This document shows, piece by piece, positions 49,709 through 59,922 of a stretch of 64,000 bases of DNA; the stretch's first letter is position 1, and the number at the start of each line of letters is the position of its first letter. The position numbers and the translations under genes were made by a program. The notes under the pieces were generated by a model. It had not been told where the DNA came from. It worked only from the letters and a program-made list of their open reading frames with translations, and ran no database searches. The stretch lies in contig NC_086100.1 of assembly GCF_963921235.1 (NCBI RefSeq), positions 204,416,001 to 204,480,000 on the forward strand, read 5' to 3'. Origin of the DNA: Mobula hypostoma. Lineage: Eukaryota.

Positions 49709-51715
49709 AGTCATAGAAAAGTACGACACAGAAACAGACCCTTTGGCCCATCTAGTTTGTGCCGAGCTATTTAAACTTTCTACTCCCATACCCCTACCAT
49801 CCAGGTACCTATACGAATCTCTTAAATGTTACATTTGAGCTCGCATGCATCACTTGTGCTGGCTGCTCATTCCACATCCGGATGACTGTCTGTGTGAAGA
49901 AGTTTCCCCTCATGTTCCCCTTAACGTTTCACCTTTCACCCTTAACCCATGGCCTCTGGTTGTAGTCCCACCCCATCTCAGTGAAAAAAGCCATCTTGCA
50001 TTTACCCAATCTATACCCCTCATAATTTTGGTACACCTCCATCAAATGTCCCCTCAGTCTTCTACATTGCAAGGAATAAAGCCCAGACCTGTTCAATCTT
50101 TCCTTATAGTCCAAGTCTTCCAGACCTGGCAACATCCTTGTGAACTTTCTCTGAACTCTTTCAGCCTCTTTTACATCTTCCCTGTAGGTAGGTGACAAAA
50201 CTGCACACAACACTCCAAATTTACTATCGATTTGTACTCCAGGGAGTGCGAAGCACAGAATCAAATATCGCTGTGATGATTGTACATTCTAGTATCAATT
50301 GTTTGGCGACAATAAAGTATAAAGTATAATTAGGCCTCACCAATGTCTTCTACAACACCAACATAACATCCATCTCCTGTACTCAATACTTTGGTTTATG
50401 AAGGCCAATGGGCCAAAATCTTTCTTTCTGTCCCTATCTAACTGTTACACCACTTTCAGTGAATTACAGACCTGTATTCCCAGATCCCTTCCTTCTACAG
50501 CACCCCTCAGTGCCCGACCAGTCACTGTGTAAGACCTTGGTCCTACCAAAGTGCAACACCTCACAGTTGTCTGCATTAAATTCCATTTCTCAAACCATTT
50601 TTCCAGCTGGTCCAGATCACACTGCAAGCCATGATAGTCTTCCTCACTGTTCACTACACCACCAATCTTGGTGTCATCCACAAATTTGCTGATCCAGCTA
50701 ACCATGTTAGCATCCAGATAACTGATATAGATGACAAACAACAACAAATCCGGCACTGATCCCTGTGGCACACCACTAGTCACCGGCCTGCAGTCAGAGA
50801 GGCAACCATCTGCTACCACAGTCTGGCTTCTCCCAAAACCAGTGTCTCATCCAATTTACTATCGCACCTTGAATGCTGAGTGACTGAACCTTCTTGACAA
50901 ACCTCCCAGATGAGACTTTGTCAAGTGCTTTGCTGAAGTCCACGTAGACAAAATCCACTGTCTTGCTTTCATCCACTTTCCTGGTAACTTCCTCGAGAAA
51001 CTCTGTAAGATTGGTTAGACATGACCTACCATGCACAAAGCCATGCTGCCTATCCTTAATCAGTTCATATCTATCCAAATACTTATATATCCGGTTCCTG
51101 CACACATGTTCCAATAACTTTCCCCCTACTGATGTCAAGCTCACCAACGTGCAATCTCTTAGTTTATTGTCAGAGCCTTTCTTAAACAGCAGAACAACAT
51201 TGGCTGTCCTCCAATCCTCCAGTACCTCACCAGTCACTGAGGATGATTTAAATATCTGTGCTTGGGCCCTGACAATTTCTGCACTTGTCTTCCGCACGGT
51301 CCTAGGAAACAACTTGTCAGGCCCTGGGGATTTATCCATGGTAATTTGCCTTAAGACAGCAACACCTCCACCTCTGTAATCTGTACAGGGTCAATGAAGT
51401 TGATGCTGCTTTTCCTCACTTCAATCGACTGTGTGTCCATCTCCTGAGTAAATACAGAAGCAAAGAAAAATCTCCCCCATCTATTTTGTCTCCTCATATG
51501 GATTACCATTCTGATCTTCCAGAGGATTCATTTTGGTCTTTTTGCTCTTATCATATCTGCAGATTTCCTGAGGATTCTCCTTCACCTTGTCTGCTGAGGC
51601 AACCTCATGCCTTCTTTTATTTCTTTCATAAGTGTTCGTTTGAATTTCCTGTAATTCATCGGTACCCCGGTTGTTCCTATCTGCCTGTACCTGGTATGCA
51701 CCTCCTTGCTTTTTG
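49709..51715 (-). mobile_element. Decayed CR1 (RT to 3' end)
   Basis: ORFs 50794-51339, 50445-50819 and 49929-50264. Confidence 0.9.
50222..50327 (+). mobile_element. Rex1 3'-tail fragment nested in CR1
   Basis: Revcomp-similar to 16872-16990; aataaagtataaagtat tail; possible AATT TSD. Confidence 0.8.
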
Positions 51716-51899
51716 ATCTGCAAGAGGAAAGCCAAAGGGATGACAGAGGATTCATGAGTTTGGGGAACAGAACAAGAATGTGTCTGATAGCCCAGTGGTA
51801 AGTCTTGCTAGTGCTGCACGGTGGGTGGAGTCTGTGAAACAAAAGTTGCAGGGGGAATGGGAGCAGAAATGATAGAACAGATAGTGGAGGGGTTGTGGA

Positions 51900-52722
51900 G
51901 ACATGTTGTTCAGTCCTCAGACGAAGTTAGGAATGAAAAACATGAGCATGGTGCAGTGAATATGCTGAGCCCGGTATATTTCAATACAAGGAGCAGAGTA
52001 GGAAAGGTGGATGTGTTCAGGGCATGGATCAACACCTGGAATTATGACACTAGGATCTGGCATCTGTGGATTGGGACAGGCTCTTTATGCCAAACGTGTG
52101 CTTGGTACATGGGCGGCCTTCAAAGCAAAATTTTGAAAGTACAAAGCGGGTGTGTGCTTGTCAGAATAAAAGGTAAAGATAGAAACTGTAGGGAACCTTG
52201 GTTTTCAAGAGATATTGAAACCCTGGTGAAGCACAAAATGGAGTTGCATAACAGGGATAGGCAGGCAGGTTCTTATGGAGTATAAGAAATGCAAGAGAAT
52301 GCATAAGAAATAAATCAGGATGGCTGAAGGAAGGCATGAGGTTGCCCTCACAGAAAAGATGAAGTATAAACCAAAGGGATTCTAGAGATAGATTAAGAGC
52401 AAAAGTATTGCAAGGGTCAAAGTTGGTCCTCTAGAAGACCAGAATGGTAATCCATGTTTGGACCCAAAGCAGATAGGGAATATCATCTCTATTTACTCAG
52501 GAGATGGACACAGAGTCTATGGAAGTGTGGGAAACAGCATTAACATCGTGGACCCTGTACAGATTAAAGAAGAGGAGGTGTTTGCTATCCTGAGGCAGAT
52601 GAGGGTGGATAAATCTCCAGGGCATAACAAAGTGCTTTCTCGGACCCTAAGGGAGGCGAGTGCAGAAATTGTCGGGGCCCTAGCAGAGATAATTAAATCA
52701 TCCTTGGTGATGGGGAAGGTAA
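51900..52722 (+). mobile_element. Old CR1 fragment (resumes at 54533-54575)
   Basis: YFNTRSRVGK..WNYD; VDKSPGHNK; GKV|TEDW split by the CR1-A insertion. Confidence 0.8.
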
Positions 52723-54532
52723 AGACAAATGTAGGTCCCCTGCAAACAGAAACAGGTGAATTGATTATGGGGAGCAAGGACATGGCAGACCAATTGAATA
52801 ATTACTTTGGTTCTGTCTTCACTAAGGAGGACATAAATAATCTTCCAGAAATAGTAAGGGACAGAGGGTCCAGTGAGATGGAGGAACTGAGCGAAATACA
52901 TGTTAGTAGGGAAGTGGTGTTAGGTAAATTGAAGGGATTGAAGGCAGATAAATCCCCAGGGCCAGATGGTCTGCATCCCAGAGTGCTTAAGGAAGTGGCC
53001 CAAGAAATAGTGGATGCATTAGTGATAATTTTTCAAAACTCGTTAGATTCTGGACTAGTTCCTGAGGATTGGAGGGTGGCTAATGTAACCCCACTTTTTA
53101 AAAAAGGAGGGAGAGAGAAACCGGGGAATTATAGGCCGGTTAGCCTAACGTCGGTGGTGGGGAAACTGCTGGAGTCAGTTATCAAGGATGTGATAACAGC
53201 ACATTTGGAAAGCGGTGAAATGATCGGACAAAGTCAGCATGGATTTGTGAAAGGAAAATCATGTCTGACGAATCTCATAGAATTTTTTGAGGATGTAACT
53301 AGTAGAGTGGATAGGGGAGAACCAGTGGATGTGGTATATTTGGATTTTCAAAAGGCTTTTGACAAGGTCCCACATAGGAGATTAGTGTGCAAACTTAAAG
53401 CACACGGTATTGGGGGTAAGGTATTGGTGTGGGTGGAGAATTGGTTAGCAGACAGGAAGCAAAGAGTGGGAATAAACGGGACCTTTTCAGAATGGCAGGC
53501 GGTGACTAGTGGGGTACCGCAAGGCTCAGTGCTGGGACCCCAGTTGTTTACAATATATATTAATGACTTGGATGAGGGAATTAAATGCAGCATCTCCAAG
53601 TTTGCGGATGACACGAAGCTGGGTGGCAGTGTTAGCAGTGAGGAGGATGCTAAGAGGATGCAGGGTGACTTGGATAGGTTGGGTGAGTGGGCAAACTCAT
53701 GGCAGATGCAATTTAATGTGGATAAATGTGAAGTTATCCACTTTGGTGGCAAAAATAGGAAAACAGATTATTATCTGAATGGTGGCCGATTAGGAAAAGG
53801 GGAGGTGCAACGAGACCTGGGTGTCATTATACACCAGTCATTGAAAGTGGGCATGCAGGTACAGCAGGCGGTGAAAAAGGCGAACGGTATGCTGGCATTT
53901 ATAGCGAGAGGATTCGAGTACAGGAGCAGGGAGGTACTACTGCAGTTGTACAAGGCCTTGGTGAGACCACACCTGGAGTATTGTGTGCAGTTTTGGTCCC
54001 CTAATCTGAGGAAAGACATCTTTGCCATAGAGGGAGTACAAAGAAGGTTCACCAGATTGATTCCTGGGATGGCAGGTCTTTCATATGAAGAAAGACTGGA
54101 TGAACTGGGCTTGTACTCGTTGGAATTTAGAAGATTGAGGGGGGATCTGATTGAAACGTATAAGATCCTAAAGGGATTGGACAGGCTAGATGCAGGAAGA
54201 TTGTTCCCGATGTTGGGGAGGTCTAGAACGAGGGGTCACAGTTTGAGGATAGAGGGGAAGCCTTTTAGGACCGAGGTTAGGAAAAACTTCTTCACACAGA
54301 GAGTGGTGAATCTGTGGAATTCTCTGCCACAGCAAACTGTTGAGGCCAGTTCATTAGCTATGTTTAAAAGGAAGTTAGATATGGCCCTTGTGGCTACAGG
54401 GGTCAGGGGGTATGGAGGGAAGGCTGGGTTCTGAGTTGGATGATCAGCCATGATCATAATAAATGGCGGTGCAGGCTCGAAGGGCCGAATGGCCTACTCC
54501 TGCACCTATTTTCTATGTTTCTATGTTTCTAT
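52723..54532 (+). mobile_element. CR1-A 5'-truncated copy with an open RT frame
   Basis: ORF 52458-54434; TSD GTAA at 52719-52722 and 54533-54536. Confidence 0.97.
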
Positions 54533-54783
54533 GTAACAGAGGATTGGAAAACAGCCAATGCTGTTTCGCTGTTTAACATAGAACATAGAAATCTACAACA
54601 CATCACAGGCCCTTCAGGCCACAAAGTTGTGCTGACCATGTAACCTACTCTAGAAATGGCCCAAAATTTCCCAAACGCATAGCCCTCTATTTTTCTAAGC
54701 TCCATGTACCTATCTAAGAAGTTGTTAAAAGACCCCATTGTATCCGCCTCTACCACTGCCGCTGGCAGTACATTCCATGCATC

Positions 54784-55445
54784 TGATGAAGTTTAACCAT
54801 GTTGGGGAAGTAAGACATGATTCTTGGACTCTTGTAACTAATGGGTTAAAAAACTTAAGTGCCACCCTATGTGTGTTAGTGAACAAGTTCTGTTGCTTTC
54901 GCTGAAGAATATGCCCGCAGTTTATTTAGATTAATAGCTTGCTTGATTAATAGCCTGTCGCGGCCTTTTCAAGGTGACATGAGGGCTGGAATTACTCAGA
55001 GATCACATCGGTCATGCCTTATTGTGTTCTCCACTGACTTAAGTCCTTTCTTTGGAGATGCTCAATGATAAAGCCATCTGTCTGTAATTAAGTCAGGGGC
55101 CTAGCAATAGGAATGACTGATACGGGTGGACAATATATCTATTTGTAATTGAACTCTGATTTAGTGGACTCTCTTATCAAAGTAATTGGGTTTCACTCTT
55201 ACTGACTTGGCATACCATTGTAATTGAGTGTTCTTTGTCTGCTCATTCTGTAAATTGTAGCATTTCTGTTTTTTTAAATCAGAAGCTCGTTGAGTCGCCA
55301 GAGGGCCAGAGAGATAAACTCTGTCTCTTTGATGTCCGGCTTCGAGTTTTCTCACCGGCTGAGCACGAACAATAAACTAGTGAAGAGGTTAAAGTTAATA
55401 ACTGTGTGGGGTGATTATTGGTCCAGCAACCTTTTTAGGTTAACA
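54784..55445 (+). mobile_element. ERV 5' LTR (~660 bp)
   Basis: TG..CA ends; AATAAA at 55371-55376; PBS 2 nt downstream. The left boundary is less certain. Confidence 0.85.
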
Positions 55446-55447
55446 TT

Positions 55448-55465
55448 TGGTGCCGTGACTCAGAT
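55448..55465 (+). promoter_or_regulatory. Primer-binding site, tRNA-His
   Basis: TGGTGCCGTGACTCAGAT, one mismatch to TGGTGCCGTGACTCGGAT (complement of the tRNA-His 3' end). Confidence 0.9.
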
Positions 55466-55929
55466 CCCAACATAGGGAAAGTCCCTATGGGCTGAATAAG
55501 TGACGGGGGATTCTGGGTGAGTGTAAACAGGCGGTAGGGTGCCCCGAGGTGTTTTACCTCTGACTGTCCCTTCCACTCATTTGAAAAACTCCTGCCTCTC
55601 GCCCCGAGGAACCTGTACTTTGACGGGATCCAGTGAACCACCCGGACCAGGAGAATAAGGCAAGCAGTTGTTTTGTAAGCATTAAAGTCTGCGGGTGCTG
55701 AAGGATTGGGCAACAGGTCTTTGGCCTGGTCGATTAAACTAATTGGGCAACAGGTCTTTGGTCTGGTCGATTAAGCTGTATAATTGAGTCGACTTAACTA
55801 ATTGGGCAACGGGCAAGGAACAGGCCCGGTCTATTTGTATAATTGGGCAACAGTAATTGTGCAACAGGCCTTTGGCCCAGTCGATTAAGCTGTATAAGCG
55901 AATAACCAGCACAGGTGACAGACGCCTCT

Positions 55930-57097
55930 AGAGGTTAAGCGCAGCGCTGAAAAAAAACTGGGAAATGGTGTGTGGCCACCAGAGAAGCTTGTGAACCAGC
56001 AGTAAATTTAATGTGGAAAAAGAATTGCAGTAAAAAGTGGAAATTATTGATTAAAGAATGGAAAGATAGAGCTGATATCAAATGGAATAGTACTTTACTG
56101 GCCAGTTGGAGGAACAATGCATGTGATAAAGGGGTGTAGCGGTATGTACAGGTGACGGCACTCCCAAGAGTTGGGAGACACTGAAAGCACTGTAAACAGG
56201 GAAAGCAACACACATCAAAGTTGCTGGTGAACGCAGCAGGCCAAGCAGCATCTATAGGAAGAGGCGCAGTCGACGTTTCAGGCCGAGACCCTTCGTCAGG
56301 ACAGTAAACAGGGAAAGGCAGTTTTAAAATCGGCAGTGCCGCGTGCAAGATCTATGGCCAATACGGGATCCCGAACCCATGTATGGCATACCAACCCTAT
56401 TTGAGGACAGTGACCGCGATGAGGATTGGGCACTCACCGTCCCCCACCTTACCAGGGGCCAAGTGCACCCAGTGTTCCCAAACTCCAATCCTCCCAGTAC
56501 TCAAATACGGTGGCCGCTCGGGTAAAACAGCGGCGGCAGGGAAGGGGAGGTTGTCTATACCCTGAGATCCAGGAAGGGAATACCGAGGTTTATTCCGAGA
56601 CACGGAGGGAAGAATCCAATAAAACCCCAGAGTTAATGGCTCCACAAAGACAATTGCCCACCTGAATGCTGCCCAGTCCACGAGTAGCCAAAGAGCGACA
56701 GCCCTCAGTAATTCCTGTGTATGCGTCCTGGAAGCCTCAAGAACTGATATTGATCATAAATCAGGCCCCAGACAGAAGAGAACAATCAGCACAGTTTGCT
56801 CAATATGTCCGCAGTACTCTACAAGTGTATATTGTGACCCCGCAAGATTTATTCGGTCTCTGCGGCATGATTCTCTCAGCTGATGAGGGGTGGAAATGGA
56901 AGGCAGAATTGAGAAACCAAACCCATCAGGAGTTACAGGCGGGAAACCATAATCAGAATGAACAGACAGACCAGATTATTCAAGCCTTGGAAAGGGCTCT
57001 CCAGCAACCTGTAAACATCACTAAAGTATTTGAATGCAAACCTAAGCCTGAGAAATCCGGAGCGATTTGTGGCCTGCTACGGCACTTTCGCAGGAGA
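55930..57097 (+). pseudogene. gag: ERV gag remnant (MA-like, late-domain region, CA), gamma/epsilon-like
   Basis: GVWPPE (MA-like); PPPY and PSAP; MAPQRQLP..YASWKPQEL..PVNITKVFECKPKPE (CA-like); truncated by CR1 at ~57098. Confidence 0.8.
56206..56303 (-). mobile_element. Short Penelope-derived insert with an intact minimal hammerhead core
   Basis: TSD GTAAACAGGGAAAG at 56192-56205 and 56304-56317; - strand GTC-CTGACGA-AGGGTCTCGGCCT-GAAA-CGTC-GAC. Confidence 0.82.
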
Positions 57098-57098
57098 C

Positions 57099-59920
57099 CA
57101 AGGGTAGTTAAGAAAGCTAATGGGGTGTTAGCTTTGATAAGTCGAGGGATAGAGTTTAAGAGTCGCGACGTAATGATGCAGCTCTATAAAACTCTGGTTG
57201 GGCCACACTTGGACTACTGTGTCCAGATCTGGTTGCCTCACTGTCTCGGAATAAACCTCGGTATTCTCTTCCTGGATCTCAGGGTATAGACAAACCTCCC
57301 CTTCCCTGCCGCCGCTGTTTTACCCGAGCGGCCACCGTATTTGAGTACTGGGAGGATTGGAGTTTGGAAGAATGTGGAAGCATTGGAAAGGATACAGAGG
57401 AGATTAACCAGGATGCTGCCTGGTTTAGAGAGTATGCATTATGATCAGAGATTAAGGGAGCTAGGGCTTTACTCTTTGGAGAGAAGGAGGATGAGAGGAG
57501 ACATGATAGAGGTGTACAAGATAATAAGAGGAATAGATAAGCAATTGTTCATCCCAGTTTGGCAAAAGAATAAACCAAGGAAGGTAGTGCACCCGTGGCT
57601 GACAAGAGAAATTAGGGATAGTATCAATTCCAAAGAAGAAGCATACAAATTAGCCAGAGAAAGTGGCTCACCTGAGGACTGGGAGAAATTCAGAGTTCAG
57701 CAGAGGAGGACAAAGGGCTTAATTAGGAAGGGGAAAAAAGATTATGAGAGAAAACTGGCAGGGAACATAAAAACGGACTGTAAAAGCTTTTATAGATATG
57801 TAAAAAGGAAAAGACTGGTAAAGACAAATGTAGGTCCCCTGCAAACAGAAACAGGTGAATTGATTATGGGGAGCAAGGACATGGCAGACCAATTGAATAA
57901 TTACTTTGGTTCTGTCTTCACTAAGGAGGACATAAATAATCTTCCAGAAATAGTAGGGGACAGAGGGTCCAGTGAGATGGAGGAACTGAGCGAAATACAT
58001 CTTAGTAGGGAAGTGGTGTTAGGTAAATTGAAGGGATTGAAGGCAGATAAATCCCCAGGGCCAGGTGGTCTGCATCCTAGAGTGCTTAAGGAAGTAGCCC
58101 AAGAAATAGTGGATGCATTAGTTATAATTTTTCAAAACTCGTTAGATTCTGGACTATTTCCTGAGGATTGGAGGGTGGCTAATGTAACCCCACTTTTTAA
58201 AAAAGGAGGGAGAGAAACCGGGGAATTATAGACCGGTTAGCCTAACGTCGGTGGTGGGGAAACTGCTGGAGTCAGTTATCAAGGATGTGATAACAGCACA
58301 TTTGGAAAGCGGTGAAATGATCGGACAAAGTCAGCATGGATTTGTGAAAGGAAAATCATGTCTGACGAATCTCATAGAATTTTTTTGAGGATGTAACTAG
58401 TAGAGTAGATAGGGGAGAACCAGTGGATGTGGTATATTTGGATTTTCAAAAGGCTTTTGACAAGGTCCCACATAGGAGATTAGTGTGCAAACTTAAAGCA
58501 CACGGTATTGGGGGTAAGGTATTGGTGTGGGTGGAGAATTGGTTAGCAGACAGGAAGCAAAGAGTGGGAATAAACGGGACCTTTTCAGAATGGCAGGCGG
58601 TGACCAGTGGGGTACCGCAAGGCTCAGTGCTGGGACCCCAGTTGTTTACAATATTTATAAATGACTTGGATGAGGGAATTAAATGCAGCATCTCCAAGTT
58701 TGCAGATGACACGAAGCTGGGTGGCAGTGTTAGCTGTGAGGAGGATGCTAAGAGGATGCAGGGTGACTTGGATAGGTTGGGTGAGTGGGCAAATTCATGG
58801 CAGATGCAATTTAATGTGGATAAATGTGAAGTTATCCACTTTGGTGGCAAAAATAGGAAAACAGATTATTATCTGAATGGTGGCCGATTAAGAAAAGGGG
58901 AGGTGCAACGAGACCTGGGTGTCATTATACACCAGTCATTGAAAGTGGGCATGCAGGTACAGCAGGCGGTGAAAAAGGCGAATGGTATGCTGGCATTTAT
59001 AGCGAGAGGATTCGAGTACAGGAGCAGGGAGGTACTACTGCAGTTGTACAAGGCCTTGGTGAGACCACACCTGGAGTATTGTGTGCAGTTTTGGTCCCCT
59101 AATCTGAGGAAAGACATCCTTGCCTTAGAGGGAGTACAAAGAAGGTTCACCAGATTGATTCCTGGGATGGCAGGACTTTCATATGAAGAAAGACTGGATG
59201 AACTGGGCTTGTACTCGTTGGAATTTAAAAGATTGAGGGGGGATCTGATTGAAACGTATAAGATCCTAAAGGGATTGGACAGGCTAGATGCAGGAAGATT
59301 GTTCCCGATGTTGGGGAAGTCCAGAACGAGGGGCCACAGTTTGAGGATAGAGGGGAAGCCTTTTAGGACCGAGATTAGGAAAAACTTCTTCACACAGAGA
59401 GTGGTGAATCTGTGGAATTCTCTGCCACAGGAAACAGTTGAGGCCAGTTCATTGGCTATATTTAAGAGGGAGTTAGATATGGCCCTTGTGGCTACGGGGG
59501 TCAGGGGGTATGGAGGGAAGGCTGGGACGGGGTTCTGAGTTGGATGATCAGCCATGATCATAATAAATGGCGGTGCAGGCTCGAAGGGCCGAGTGGCCTA
59601 CTCCTGCACCTATTTTCTATGTTTCCATGTTTCTATAAGAGTGGACAGCCAGCGCCTATTCCCCAGGGCACCACTGCTCAATACAAGGGGACATGGCTTT
59701 AAGGTAAGGGGTGGGAAGTTCAAGGGGGATATTAGATGAAGGTTTTTTACTCAGAGAGTAGTTGGTGCGTGGAATGCACTGCCTGAGTCAGTGGTGGAGG
59801 CAGATACACTACTTAAGTTTAAGAGACTACTAGACAGGTATATGGAGGAATTTAAGGTGGGGGCTTATATGCGAGGCAGGGTTTGAGGGTCAGCACAACT
59901 TAGTGGGCCGAAGGGCCTGT
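57099..59920 (+). mobile_element. CR1-E 3' fragment, split by a gag-derived insert (57242-57367) and CR1-A (57542-59634)
   Basis: VVKKANGVL..LYKTLVGPHLDYC; IIRGID..RVDSQRLFP; 3' part at 59635-59920. Confidence 0.88.
57542..59634 (+). mobile_element. CR1-A copy with two frameshifts
   Basis: ORFs 57341-58231 and 58423-59538; TSD ATAAG at 57537-57541 and 59635-59639. Confidence 0.96.
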
Positions 59921-59922
59921 AA

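Noticed and set aside
52458..54434. 658-aa ORF as a novel RT gene
   Set aside because: Chance in-frame junction of an old CR1 with a CR1-A insertion (GTAA TSD); TTG start and no endonuclease
56666..58231. gag-CR1 and CR1-CR1 fusion ORFs (56666-57289, 57341-58231)
   Set aside because: They read across insertion junctions; no sign of selection
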